Assembly (NCBI GenBank): GCA_977020255.1
Contig: CDROCS010000253.1
Location: 744,001-808,000 of the forward strand
Reading direction: 5' to 3'
DNA from: Obrimoposthia wandeli
Taxonomy: Eukaryota
Length of the DNA: 64,000 bases
Program-made: the position numbers and the translations under genes
Shown here: positions 20,011 to 30,523 of the stretch, in pieces
How positions within the stretch are numbered: the stretch's first letter is position 1
Layout of the letters: every line of letters begins with the position of its first letter
Notes under the pieces: model-generated
What the model was told of the DNA's origin: nothing
What the model saw: the letters and a program-made list of their open reading frames with translations, nothing else
Database searches by the model: none

Positions 20011-20988
20011 TTAAGCTCGTTCTATTGAAAAACTCTGTACTTCACTTATTGTCTTAATATCAAGCGCCAACATCACCAGCCTATCAATACCTAAAGCAAC
20101 ACCTGAACATTGTGGTAATCCATGCGTTAACGCCTCAATAAAGTTTTTGTCTATGGGTTTAACTGGCAAACCTTGAACTGTTCGTTTAGCATTATCTTCT
20201 TCAAATCTAACTTGCTGCTCGTTAGCATCAGTTAATTCATTAAAACCATTTACCAATTCAATACCCTTGAAGTAACATTCAAATCGCTGTGCTACTCGAG
20301 CATCGTCGATTGAAACCCTAGCTAGTGAGGCTTGTGCTATGGGAAAATCATAGATAAATTGTGCCTCGTTGATTCCAATGCTTGGTTCGATGATTTCAGT
20401 AAAGATGAATTGCAGTAGCAAATCTGCATCATTCATTTCAATGAGCCAATCAGCAGATTTACCATACTTATTTAATACCTCAGTAAGCTCATCAAAAGTG
20501 GCGGTTAGTGGATCTACAGAAACTGTTTTAAGGAATATATCTTGATAGCTAGTAAATATCGCCTTATCGCCACCTAAAACTACTTGCAGTAACTCAGCCA
20601 CCTCTGACATCAAATCAAATTGGTCAAAGCCAATACGGTACCATTCAAGCATCGTAAACTCAGGATTATGATTCTTACCTGACTCTTCATGACGAAATGC
20701 TTTAGAAATTTGAAAAATACAGCCATATCCCGAAGCAAGTAAACGTTTCATATGAAATTCTGGCGAGGTTTGTAAAAATAACTCGGTCGAATGACCTGCG
20801 GGACTATCCGCTAAAAAATCATACTTGCACGAGATAGCATCCAAATAAACATCAGTCACTGTACCTTGGGATAAGGCAGGCGTTTCAACTTCAACAACAT
20901 TACGCAGTCTAAAGAATTCTCTAACTTGGTGTAATACTTCCGAGCGCTTTTGCGCATTTTGCCATGAAAGTGTTGGTTGCCAGTTCAT
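20011..20988 (-). CDS. epmA: EF-P lysine-34 (R)-beta-lysine ligase
   Basis: LQTSPEFHMKRLL, FRHEE...HNPEFTMLEWY, ELVNGFNEL and GVALGIDRL; no anticodon-binding domain. Confidence 0.95.
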   Translation of the reverse strand: MNWQPTLSWQNAQKRSEVLHQVREFFRLRNVVEVETPALSQGTVTDVYLDAISCKYDFLADSPAGHSTELFLQTSPEFHMKRLLASGYGCIFQISKAFRHEESGKNHNPEFTMLEWYRIGFDQFDLMSEVAELLQVVLGGDKAIFTSYQDIFLKTVSVDPLTATFDELTEVLNKYGKSADWLIEMNDADLLLQFIFTEIIEPSIGINEAQFIYDFPIAQASLARVSIDDARVAQRFECYFKGIELVNGFNELTDANEQQVRFEEDNAKRTVQGLPVKPIDKNFIEALTHGLPQCSGVALGIDRLVMLALDIKTISEVQSFSIERA

Positions 20989-21039
20989 TAGTAATCCTTT
21001 GGGTGCATTGATACGTGAGTGATGATGGTCGAGACAATG

Positions 21040-21069
21040 AATTTCCGATCAGAAACTTCGGGAATGACG
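21040..21069 (-). repeat. CGTC-tagged palindromic REP-like repeat, copy 1
   Basis: ATTTCCGA-N9-TCGGGAAT-GACG; near-identical copy at 42576-42605. Confidence 0.7.
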
Positions 21070-21132
21070 AGTTCTTTGCTTCGGCCTATCTCACGTTTAA
21101 TATTTTTTAGCTCTTTACTTTCTAGTAAGATC

Positions 21133-21157
21133 AAAAAAGGCCGCGTTAGCGACCTTC
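21133..21157 (-). terminator. Intrinsic terminator of the str-operon tuf
   Basis: GGTCGC-TAAC-GCGGCC plus T tract on the minus strand. Confidence 0.85.
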
Positions 21158-21201
21158 TTTATTAGATAGTATATCTTACATCTATTTGTTGTTATTCAAC
21201 G

Positions 21202-21263
21202 GATTAACAAGGCGTGGACACGGAGTTGGCGTTAGTCAATGAGTATCCGCAACGCTGTTAATC
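21202..21263 (-). repeat. Structured 3'-UTR module, copy A
   Basis: Nested stems around GGAG-TTGGC-GTTA-GTCAA-TGAGTA (plus-strand reading); paralogues at 42768 and 58289. Confidence 0.75.
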
Positions 21264-21280
21264 CTAAGAAAAACTACAAA

Positions 21281-22465
21281 TTAAGCGATGATTTTAGATA
21301 CAACACCAGCACCAACAGTACGACCACCTTCACGGATAGCGAAGCGTAAACCTTCGTCCATCGCTACTGGGTTGATTAGCTCAACAACAAACTTAAGGTT
21401 GTCGCCAGGCATTACCATTTCAACACCTTCAGGAAGCTCTACAGCACCTGTGATATCTGTTGTACGGAAGTAAAACTGTGGACGGTATCCTTTGAAGAAT
21501 GGAGTATGACGACCACCTTCATCTTTCGAAAGAACATATACTTCAGATTCGAATTTAGTGTGTGGTAAAATTGAACCAGGAGCACATAATACTTGACCAC
21601 GTTCAACATCTTCACGCTTAAGACCACGTAGAAGAACACCACAGTTCTCGCCAGCACGACCTTCGTCAAGAAGCTTACGGAACATTTCAACACCAGTACA
21701 AGTTGATTTTTGTGTATCACGGATACCAACAACTTCTACTTCTTCACCAATTTTGATGATACCACGTTCAACACGACCAGTAACAACTGTACCACGACCT
21801 GAGATTGAGAATACATCTTCGATAGGCATGATGAATGCACCGTCGATTGCACGCTCTGGCTCTGGAATGTAAGTATCAAGTGCATCAGCAAGTTCGATAA
21901 TTTTAGATTCCCACTTCTCATCGCCTTGAAGAGCGCCTAAAGCAGAACCTTGAATTACTGGTAAATCATCACCAGGGAAGTCATATTCAGAAAGAAGTTC
22001 ACGAACTTCCATTTCTACTAATTCTAATAATTCTTCATCATCAACGACATCACATTTGTTCATGAAAACAATAATGAATGGAACACCAACTTGGCGAGAC
22101 AATAAGATGTGCTCACGTGTTTGTGGCATAGGACCATCTGTAGCAGCAACTACTAAGATAGCGCCATCCATTTGTGCAGCACCAGTGATCATGTTTTTGA
22201 TGTAATCGGCGTGACCAGGACAATCTACGTGTGCATAGTGACGTGCTTCAGTATCATATTCGATGTGAGAAGTATTGATTGTAATACCACGTTCACGTTC
22301 TTCAGGAGCATTATCGATTTGTGCGAAATCTTTAACTTCACCACCGTGAACTTTAGTTAATACAGCAGAGATAGCAGCTGTTAGAGTAGTTTTACCGTGA
22401 TCTACGTGACCGATAGTACCAACGTTAACATGCGGTTTTAAACGTTCAAATTTTGCTTTAGCCAT
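21281..22465 (-). CDS. tuf: Elongation factor Tu (str-operon copy)
   Basis: [13 protein letters not shown] and NKCD; 394 aa. Confidence 0.99.
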   Translation of the reverse strand: MAKAKFERLKPHVNVGTIGHVDHGKTTLTAAISAVLTKVHGGEVKDFAQIDNAPEERERGITINTSHIEYDTEARHYAHVDCPGHADYIKNMITGAAQMDGAILVVAATDGPMPQTREHILLSRQVGVPFIIVFMNKCDVVDDEELLELVEMEVRELLSEYDFPGDDLPVIQGSALGALQGDEKWESKIIELADALDTYIPEPERAIDGAFIMPIEDVFSISGRGTVVTGRVERGIIKIGEEVEVVGIRDTQKSTCTGVEMFRKLLDEGRAGENCGVLLRGLKREDVERGQVLCAPGSILPHTKFESEVYVLSKDEGGRHTPFFKGYRPQFYFRTTDITGAVELPEGVEMVMPGDNLKFVVELINPVAMDEGLRFAIREGGRTVGAGVVSKIIA

Positions 22466-22565
22466 TTTTCAATTACCTTTAAGTTTAGTAAACTATATAA
22501 ATTAAAAGGCGCAGTCAAAATGACCTTGCCAGATGTAAATATTAAATATTCGAGTAATGAATTCT

Positions 22566-24665
22566 CTAACGAGTTTCCATAATTTTTTGTGCTACCAATT
22601 TCGGCGCTTCATTATACTGCTGAAACTCCATAGAGTAAGATGCACGGCCTTGAGTAGCACTACGTAAGTCGGTAGCATAGCCAAACATTTCCGCTAAGGG
22701 TACCAATGCATTTACAATTTTCAAACCAGCAGGACCTTCGTCCATGCCGTCAATCATACCGCGCCGACGGTTTAAGTCACCTACAACATCACCCATATTG
22801 GCATCTGGTGTGGTAACTTCTACTTTCATCATTGGCTCTAAAATAACAGGATTTGCTTCAAGCGCACCCTTTCTAAAGCCCATAGAAGCAGCAACTTTAA
22901 ATGCTATCTCGTTAGAGTCAACATCATGAAATGAACCGTCATACAAGGTGACTTTAATGTCTAATAATGGGTAACCGGCTAAAACACCGCTATCCATCTG
23001 ATCTCTACAGCCTTTTTCTACTGCAGGAATAAATTCTTTTGGTACTGTGCCACCAACGATTTCGTTGAAGAACTCAAAACCAGCACCTTCTTCATTCGGT
23101 TCCATCTTCAACCAAACATGGCCAAATTGACCTTTACCACCTGATTGACGTACAAATTTACCTTCAACTTCAACCGTACCACGAATCGTTTCTCGGTAAG
23201 AAACTTGTGGGTTACCAACGTTACACTCAACACCAAACTCACGCTTCATACGTTCAACAAGGATATCTAAGTGTAACTCGCCCATACCCGAGATAATAGT
23301 CTGTCCAGTTTCGTCGTCAGTTGCCACTCTAAACGAAGGGTCTTCTGCGGCCAGTTTACCTAAAGCAACACCCATTTTCTCTTGTGCTGCCAGTGTTCTT
23401 GGCTCTACCGCAACTGAAATTACCGGTTCAGGAAATTCCATTCGTTCTAATGTAATAACATTATTGATATCACATAAAGTATCACCCGTGGTGACATCTT
23501 TCAAACCAATTGCTGCGGCTATATCACCGGCGCGAACTTCTTTAATCTCTTGTCTGTCGTTAGCATGCATTTGTACTATGCGGCCAAAGCGCTCTTTTTT
23601 ACCCTTAACTGGGTTGTAAACACTATCACCTGTTTGCACGACACCTGAATATACACGGAAGAATGTCAGGGTACCAACAAATGGGTCGGTTGCTATTTTG
23701 AAAGCAAGCGCTGAAAAAGGTTCATCATCATCAGCAGAGCGAGTACCTTCTGTTTCATCTTTATCATCATTAATACCGGTAATCGCTGCGACTTCTGTCG
23801 GCGATGGTAGGTATTCAATAACGGCATCAAGCACAGCTTGTACACCCTTATTTTTAAAGGCACTACCACAACTACACAAGATAATTTCATTAGCCAGAGT
23901 ACGTGCACGTAAACCTATTTTAATCTCTGCTTCGGTTAAATCACCTTCTTCAAGGTATTTATCCATTAACTCTTCATTGGCTTCTGCCGCTTCAGACATT
24001 AAATTTTCACGCCATTCTTCAGCCATCTCTTGCATATCAGCAGGAATTTCTTCATAGCTGAACGTCATGCCCTGGTCACTTTCGTTCCAGTTAATGGCCT
24101 TCATTTTTATCAGATCAACAACGCCTTCAAATTCGTCTTCTGCGCCGATAGCTAAATGTATTGGTACTGCGTTTGCGCCTAGACGCGTTTTAAGTTGCTC
24201 AACTACATATAAGAAGTCGGCACCTGTTCTGTCCATTTTATTAACAAAAACGATGCGAGGTACGGCATATTTTTCCATTTGACGCCAAACCGTTTCGGTT
24301 TGCGGCTGAACACCTGAAGAACCACATAACACAAGTACCGCGCCATCAAGTACACGTAAAGAGCGTTCAACTTCAATGGTAAAATCAACGTGACCTGGGG
24401 TATCAATGATATTGATACGATGATCATCAAATTGACCTTCCATACCCTTCCAGAAACAAGTGGTTGCTGCTGAAGTTATGGTAATACCACGTTCTTGCTC
24501 TTGTTCCATCCAGTCCATAGTGGCCGCGCCGTCATGCACTTCACCAATTTTATGAGATAGGCCTGTATAGAATAATACCCGTTCTGTGGTCGTCGTCTTA
24601 CCTGCATCAACATGCGCACAGATACCAATGTTACGGTAGCGCTCTATAGGGGTGATACGGGCCAA
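22566..24665 (-). CDS. fusA: Elongation factor G
   Basis: [19 protein letters not shown] and NKMD; TTG start with AAGAGG RBS. Confidence 0.98.
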   Translation of the reverse strand: MARITPIERYRNIGICAHVDAGKTTTTERVLFYTGLSHKIGEVHDGAATMDWMEQEQERGITITSAATTCFWKGMEGQFDDHRINIIDTPGHVDFTIEVERSLRVLDGAVLVLCGSSGVQPQTETVWRQMEKYAVPRIVFVNKMDRTGADFLYVVEQLKTRLGANAVPIHLAIGAEDEFEGVVDLIKMKAINWNESDQGMTFSYEEIPADMQEMAEEWRENLMSEAAEANEELMDKYLEEGDLTEAEIKIGLRARTLANEIILCSCGSAFKNKGVQAVLDAVIEYLPSPTEVAAITGINDDKDETEGTRSADDDEPFSALAFKIATDPFVGTLTFFRVYSGVVQTGDSVYNPVKGKKERFGRIVQMHANDRQEIKEVRAGDIAAAIGLKDVTTGDTLCDINNVITLERMEFPEPVISVAVEPRTLAAQEKMGVALGKLAAEDPSFRVATDDETGQTIISGMGELHLDILVERMKREFGVECNVGNPQVSYRETIRGTVEVEGKFVRQSGGKGQFGHVWLKMEPNEEGAGFEFFNEIVGGTVPKEFIPAVEKGCRDQMDSGVLAGYPLLDIKVTLYDGSFHDVDSNEIAFKVAASMGFRKGALEANPVILEPMMKVEVTTPDANMGDVVGDLNRRRGMIDGMDEGPAGLKIVNALVPLAEMFGYATDLRSATQGRASYSMEFQQYNEAPKLVAQKIMETR

Positions 24666-24824
24666 GATGAAATCCTCTTACTATTACTGGTCAATACAAC
24701 AAGTAATATCTGTTAAATGTTATTAAGTAAGTATTCATGAGTTTGTATAAAACCCAAACACTTAATTAATAAGACTTTTATTAATTATCCAAACGAGTAA
24801 AAGTACAAGTCCGTAAAAGTGAGT

Positions 24825-24889
24825 ATGGCTAGCAAGAGAAACTCTTGCTAGCCATGTATCTACCTTTGAGTAAAACCCAAAGGTAGATA
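24825..24889. other. Two tandem perfect hairpins (14-bp and 12-bp stems) in the rpsG-fusA spacer
   Basis: ATGGCTAGCAAGAG-AAA-CTCTTGCTAGCCAT and TATCTACCTTTG-N9-CAAAGGTAGATA. Confidence 0.85.
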
Positions 24890-24913
24890 ATACAATCAGT
24901 CAATACTGCTAGC

Positions 24914-25384
24914 TTACCAGCGGTAGTGAGCGAATGCTTTGTTAGCGTCAGCCATACGGTGAACGTCTTCACGTTTCTTAACCGCTGAACCTTTGCTGTC
25001 AGACGCATCTAACATTTCGTTAGCTAGGCGCTGAGCCATTGATTTTTCACCACGTTTACGAGCTGCTTCAACTAACCAACGCATGGCTAGAGCATTACGA
25101 CGCACTGGACGTACTTCAACTGGAACCTGATAAGTAGAACCACCAACACGACGAGATTTAACTTCGACAGATGGGCGGATGTTATCTAAAGCTTCTTCGA
25201 AAAGCTCTAATTGATCTTTTTCAGATTTCTGAGCTAAAATATCTAATGCACCGTAAACAATTTTTTCGGCAGTAGATTTCTTACCATCAACCATAAGGAT
25301 GTTGATGAATTTTGCTAAAAGTTCGTTATGGAACTTAGGATCTGGCAATATTTTACGTTGCCCAACGACGCGTCTTCTTGGCAT
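24914..25384 (-). CDS. rpsG: 30S ribosomal protein S7
   Basis: [16 protein letters not shown]...AFAHYRW. Confidence 0.99.
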   Translation of the reverse strand: MPRRRVVGQRKILPDPKFHNELLAKFINILMVDGKKSTAEKIVYGALDILAQKSEKDQLELFEEALDNIRPSVEVKSRRVGGSTYQVPVEVRPVRRNALAMRWLVEAARKRGEKSMAQRLANEMLDASDSKGSAVKKREDVHRMADANKAFAHYRW

Positions 25385-25465
25385 CTTAATTCTCCGTAGT
25401 ATTCAGGATAAATCCAAAATATATAAATTTTAAAAATTTCTTAATTTGGCCTTACTTAACGTTTC
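25385..25465 (-). promoter_or_regulatory. S7 autoregulatory RNA element (rpsL-rpsG spacer)
   Basis: CGTTAAGTAAGGCCAAA...TTTTGGA..ATCCTGAA..ACGGAG blocks as in the E. coli str spacer. Confidence 0.75.
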
Positions 25466-25501
25466 TTATCTTTTACCTATTACAGGCAAAGGAAGGAAAA
25501 C

Positions 25502-25888
<387 letters not shown>

Positions 25889-26073
25889 TTAGTTGTTACC
25901 AAGGAAAGTAGCCTTGATAAATTATTGTGCAAGCTTTCAATCAATGGGAAAAGCTTACCCGCTCGTAATATATTTTTGCCTTATTCTTTACCCAAATTTT
26001 TACCCAACAAAAGCATGAAATTCATCACAACTTTTGTATTAAGTACATTGGGTACAGAATATAAGGTCGCGAA

Positions 26074-26102
26074 ATTCTATAGGTCAATGATTGAGCTGTC
26101 AA
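26074..26102 (-). promoter_or_regulatory. Sigma70 promoter of the str operon
   Basis: TTGACA-17-TAGAAT followed by a GC-rich discriminator. Confidence 0.85.
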
Positions 26103-26131
26103 GGTATAACTGTTTTCTTTGTACTAAAAAC

Positions 26132-26162
26132 AAAAAACCGCGCCCTTTTCAAGGCACGGTTT
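26132..26162 (-). terminator. Terminator of rpoBC
   Basis: AAACCGTGCC...GGCGCGGTTTTTT on the minus strand. Confidence 0.8.
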
Positions 26163-26194
26163 TATCATTACGTTTTACTATTTATAGTAAGTTA

Positions 26195-29100
26195 CTAATG
26201 ATTACCTGACAGTAAATCTGAATTTAACGCATCAGTTAATGCTTTTTCTGCATCATCCGCTGAAACGGTAGATTCAACAGCTGGTGCTAAAGCAGCAGCT
26301 TTACGTCTTGCTCGTTCTTGATGGTACGAATAACCTGTACCAGCTGGGATTAAACGACCAACGATAACGTTTTCTTTCAAGCCACGTAGACCATCTTTCT
26401 TACCTGCAACTGCAGCTTCAGTAAGTACACGTGTTGTTTCTTGGAAAGACGCTGCTGAAATGAATGATTCAGTTGCTAATGATGCTTTAGTAATACCCAT
26501 CATCTGCATTTCATATTCAGCTGGTACTTTACCTGCAGCTTCAAGTTCACGGTTTGAGATATTCACTCGCGCCACTTCAACTTGCTCGCCTTTAAGGAAA
26601 GTAGAATCACCTGCATCAAGAATTTCACACTTACGGATCATTTGACGTACGATAACTTCAATGTGCTTATCGTTAATCTTAACACCCTGTAGACGGTAAA
26701 CTTCTTGTACTTCGTTAACGATGTAGTTAGCAACTGGTGCAACACCACGTAAACGCAAGATATCATGTGGAGATTCAGGACCATCGGCAATAACTTCACC
26801 TTTGATTACTGGCTCACCTTCATAGATATTTAATAGACGCGTTTTCGGGATCATCTCTTCGTAAACTTCACCGCTAGGTTGAGTAATCAATAAGCGTACT
26901 TTACCTTTGGTTTCTTTACCGAAAGCAACAACACCTGTTTTCTCTGCAAGTATCGCAGGAAGTTTAGGTTTACGTGCTTCAAATAAATCAGCTACACGAG
27001 GAAGACCACCGGTAATATCACGAGTTTTTGAACTGGCTTGTGGTATACGCGCTAGTGCATCACCAACGCCAACATCCGCGCCATCTTCAAGGTTAACAAT
27101 CGCATTGCCTGGTAAGTAGTAAAGTGCTGGAATTTCAGTACCGGCAATCATTACTTCTTTACCTTTGCCATCGACAAGTTTCAATGCTGGACGCATTTCT
27201 TTACCGGTAGCATTACGTTGAGCAGCATCAGTAATAACGATACTTGATAAACCAGTTAATTCATCAGTTTGACGAACCATAGTCACACCATCAGCAAGAT
27301 CAACGAATTGAACCTTACCGGCCACTTCCGTGATAATAGGGTGAGTATGAGGGTCCCAGTTAGCGATAGTATCGCCAGAAGTTACCGCTTCACCGTCATT
27401 TTTAGAAAGTACAGAACCGTAAGGCACTTTATAACGTTCTTTCTCACGACCCATTTCATCAATGATAGTTAACTCTGATGAACGTGACGTAATGACAAGG
27501 TGCTTCTCTGAATTAGTTACAAACTTAGCGTTTTGTAATTTCAAATGACCAGTGTTTTTAACTTGTACACTGTTCTCAGCTGTTGCACGAGATGCAGCAC
27601 CACCGATATGGAACGTACGCATAGTAAGCTGAGTACCAGGTTCACCGATTGATTGTGCAGCAACTACACCAATAGCTTCACCTTGGTTGATCATATGACC
27701 ACGAGCCAAATCACGACCGTAACAGTTAGCACAAATACCAAAATCTGTTTTACAAGTAATGATTGAACGAACTTTGATTTGATCAACTGAATTAGCTTCA
27801 ATGATGTCACAAAGTGCTTCATCAATTAAGGTGTTACGTGGAAGTAAAACTTCTTCGGTACCTGGAATGAATACATCATCACAAACAACACGACCTAATA
27901 CACGTTCGCGTAATGGTTCAACAACATCACCACCTTCAATCAATGGTGTCATTAATAAGCCATCAGTTGTTCCACAATCATGGTTAGTAACCACTAAATC
28001 TTGTGCAACATCAACTAAACGACGAGTTAAGTAACCCGAGTTAGCTGTTTTAAGTGCTGTATCGGCTAGACCTTTACGCGCACCGTGAGTTGAGATGAAG
28101 TATTGTAATACGTTCAAACCTTCACGGAAGTTAGCTGTGATTGGTGTTTCGATGATTGAACCATCTGGTTTAGCCATCAAACCACGCATACCAGCTAGCT
28201 GACGAATCTGTGCGGCACTACCACGAGCACCAGAGTCAGCCATCATAAAGATAGAGTTGAAAGAATCTTGTTCTTCTGGCTCACCTTTAGCATTGATAAC
28301 TGTTTCTTTAGATAAGTTATCCATCATCGCTTTTGAAACTTTTTCGTTAGCAGATGACCAAATATCGATTACTTTGTTGTACTTCTCACCAGCAGTTACA
28401 AGACCTTGGTCAAACTGCGCTTGAATTTCAGCAACTTCAGCTTCTGAATCTTCAATGATAGTGTACTTAGCATCTGGAATAACCATATCGTCAATGCCAA
28501 CAGAACAACCCGCGATCATCGCGTAATGGAAGCCTGTATACATGATTTGGTCAGCAAACATTACTGTTTCTTTCAAACCTAAGTTACGATAAGCATGGTT
28601 AATCAATTTTGAGATTGGCTTTTTACCAAGCGGCTGATCGATTAAGTCATAAGGTAAACCCTTAGGACATACTTGCCACATAATTGCGCGACCAACTGTG
28701 GTATCACGTAATTTAGTCACTGGTTCCCATTCACCGTCAGCATTTTTAACATGCTCAGTAATACGAACTTTAATGCGAGCATGAAGTTCAGCTACACCAG
28801 TACGGTAAGCCTTTTCTACTTCTTTCTCGTCAGTGAAAACCATACCTTCGCCTAAACCATTGATACGGAATCTTGTTAGGTAATAAAGACCTAATACAAC
28901 ATCCTGTGATGGTACGATGATTGGTTCACCGTTAGCTGGTGCTAGTACGTTATTCGTTGACATCATCAACGTACGTGCTTCCATTTGTGCTTCGATTGTC
29001 AACGGTACGTGTACCGCCATTTGGTCACCATCGAAATCGGCATTGTATGCCGCACAAACTAATGGATGAAGGTGAATTGCTTTACCTTCAATCAACACAG

Positions 29101-30415
29101 GCTCAAAAGCTTGGATACCCAATCTATGAAGTGTTGGTGCACGGTTAAGCATAACTGGATGTTCACGGATTACTTCATCAAGTACATCCCAAACTTCAGC
29201 GCCTTCACGTTCAACTAGTTTTTTAGCTGCTTTAATCGTTGTTGCTAAACCACGTGCTTCTAATTTACCGTAAATAAATGGCTTGAATAATTCAAGTGCC
29301 ATCTTTTTAGGTAAACCACATTGATGTAATTTCAATGTTGGACCAACAGTGATTACAGAACGACCAGAGTAATCAACACGCTTACCTAGTAAATTCTGAC
29401 GGAAACGACCTTGCTTACCTTTAATCATATCGGCAAGAGATTTAAGAGGACGTTTGTTAGAACCCGTAATAGCGCGACCACGACGACCGTTATCTAACAA
29501 TGCATCAACAGACTCTTGTAACATACGTTTTTCGTTACGTACGATAATGTCTGGTGCAACTAGATCTAGAAGGCGCTTTAAACGGTTGTTACGGTTGATA
29601 ACACGACGGTATAGATCATTAAGATCAGAAGTCGCGAAACGACCACCATCCAATGGTACTAAAGGACGTAAATCAGGCGGTAAAATTGGTAGAACATTCA
29701 TAATCATCCACTCAGGTTTGTTACCTGAGGCAGCGAATGCTTCCATTAATTTTAAACGCTTAGTAATTTTTTTACGTTTAGTTTCACTACCGATTTCTGG
29801 TAACTCTTCACGCATTTGCGCTACTTCACCTTCTAAATCGATTTGTTGTAGTAAAGCTAATACTGCTTCGGCGCCCATCAAAGCGTCAAATTCATCACCG
29901 TGCTCTTCTAACGCATCAAGATATTCTTCTTCCGTTAGAATTTGGCTTTTTTCTAATGTTGTCATACCAGGTTCGGTTACAACATATGATTCAAAATAAA
30001 GCACACGCTCAATATCACGTAACGTCATATCAAGGAGTAAACCAATACGTGATGGTAATGATTTTAAGAACCAAATGTGAGCCACTGGACTTGCTAATTC
30101 GATATGACCCATACGGTCACGACGAACTTTAGTCAATGTAACTTCTACGCCACATTTTTCACAGATAACACCACGATGCTTTAAGCGCTTGTATTTGCCA
30201 CAAAGACATTCATAATCTTTTACTGGGCCAAAAATACGCGCACAGAATAAGCCGTCACGTTCTGGCTTAAAAGTACGGTAGTTAATGGTTTCTGGCTTTT
30301 TAACTTCACCAAATGACCAAGAACGTACCAAATCTGGCGAAGCTAAGCCGATGCGAATACCATCGAAATCTTCGGTTTGATTCTGTTGCTTAAGAAACTT
30401 AAGTAAATCTTTCAC
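26195..30415 (-). CDS. rpoC: RNA polymerase beta' subunit
   Basis: NADFDGD motif; Zn ribbons; GTG start. Confidence 0.99.
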   Translation of the reverse strand: MKDLLKFLKQQNQTEDFDGIRIGLASPDLVRSWSFGEVKKPETINYRTFKPERDGLFCARIFGPVKDYECLCGKYKRLKHRGVICEKCGVEVTLTKVRRDRMGHIELASPVAHIWFLKSLPSRIGLLLDMTLRDIERVLYFESYVVTEPGMTTLEKSQILTEEEYLDALEEHGDEFDALMGAEAVLALLQQIDLEGEVAQMREELPEIGSETKRKKITKRLKLMEAFAASGNKPEWMIMNVLPILPPDLRPLVPLDGGRFATSDLNDLYRRVINRNNRLKRLLDLVAPDIIVRNEKRMLQESVDALLDNGRRGRAITGSNKRPLKSLADMIKGKQGRFRQNLLGKRVDYSGRSVITVGPTLKLHQCGLPKKMALELFKPFIYGKLEARGLATTIKAAKKLVEREGAEVWDVLDEVIREHPVMLNRAPTLHRLGIQAFEPVLIEGKAIHLHPLVCAAYNADFDGDQMAVHVPLTIEAQMEARTLMMSTNNVLAPANGEPIIVPSQDVVLGLYYLTRFRINGLGEGMVFTDEKEVEKAYRTGVAELHARIKVRITEHVKNADGEWEPVTKLRDTTVGRAIMWQVCPKGLPYDLIDQPLGKKPISKLINHAYRNLGLKETVMFADQIMYTGFHYAMIAGCSVGIDDMVIPDAKYTIIEDSEAEVAEIQAQFDQGLVTAGEKYNKVIDIWSSANEKVSKAMMDNLSKETVINAKGEPEEQDSFNSIFMMADSGARGSAAQIRQLAGMRGLMAKPDGSIIETPITANFREGLNVLQYFISTHGARKGLADTALKTANSGYLTRRLVDVAQDLVVTNHDCGTTDGLLMTPLIEGGDVVEPLRERVLGRVVCDDVFIPGTEEVLLPRNTLIDEALCDIIEANSVDQIKVRSIITCKTDFGICANCYGRDLARGHMINQGEAIGVVAAQSIGEPGTQLTMRTFHIGGAASRATAENSVQVKNTGHLKLQNAKFVTNSEKHLVITSRSSELTIIDEMGREKERYKVPYGSVLSKNDGEAVTSGDTIANWDPHTHPIITEVAGKVQFVDLADGVTMVRQTDELTGLSSIVITDAAQRNATGKEMRPALKLVDGKGKEVMIAGTEIPALYYLPGNAIVNLEDGADVGVGDALARIPQASSKTRDITGGLPRVADLFEARKPKLPAILAEKTGVVAFGKETKGKVRLLITQPSGEVYEEMIPKTRLLNIYEGEPVIKGEVIADGPESPHDILRLRGVAPVANYIVNEVQEVYRLQGVKINDKHIEVIVRQMIRKCEILDAGDSTFLKGEQVEVARVNISNRELEAAGKVPAEYEMQMMGITKASLATESFISAASFQETTRVLTEAAVAGKKDGLRGLKENVIVGRLIPAGTGYSYHQERARRKAAALAPAVESTVSADDAEKALTDALNSDLLSGNH

Positions 30416-30523
30416 ACACTTCTCCTGTCGGAGTTAAACTTTGAGAAGAAGGCAAAATCATTTGCCTTCTCCGCTTACCGGCTTATCCATCAGGATAAGC
30501 TCAGCTGACTTATGGTTTGAAAC

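Noticed and set aside
29454-29999. 181-aa antisense ORF in rpoC (and similar shadows in rpoB, fusA, tuf, rplL and acnB)
   Set aside because: Expected by-product of strong codon bias in highly expressed genes.
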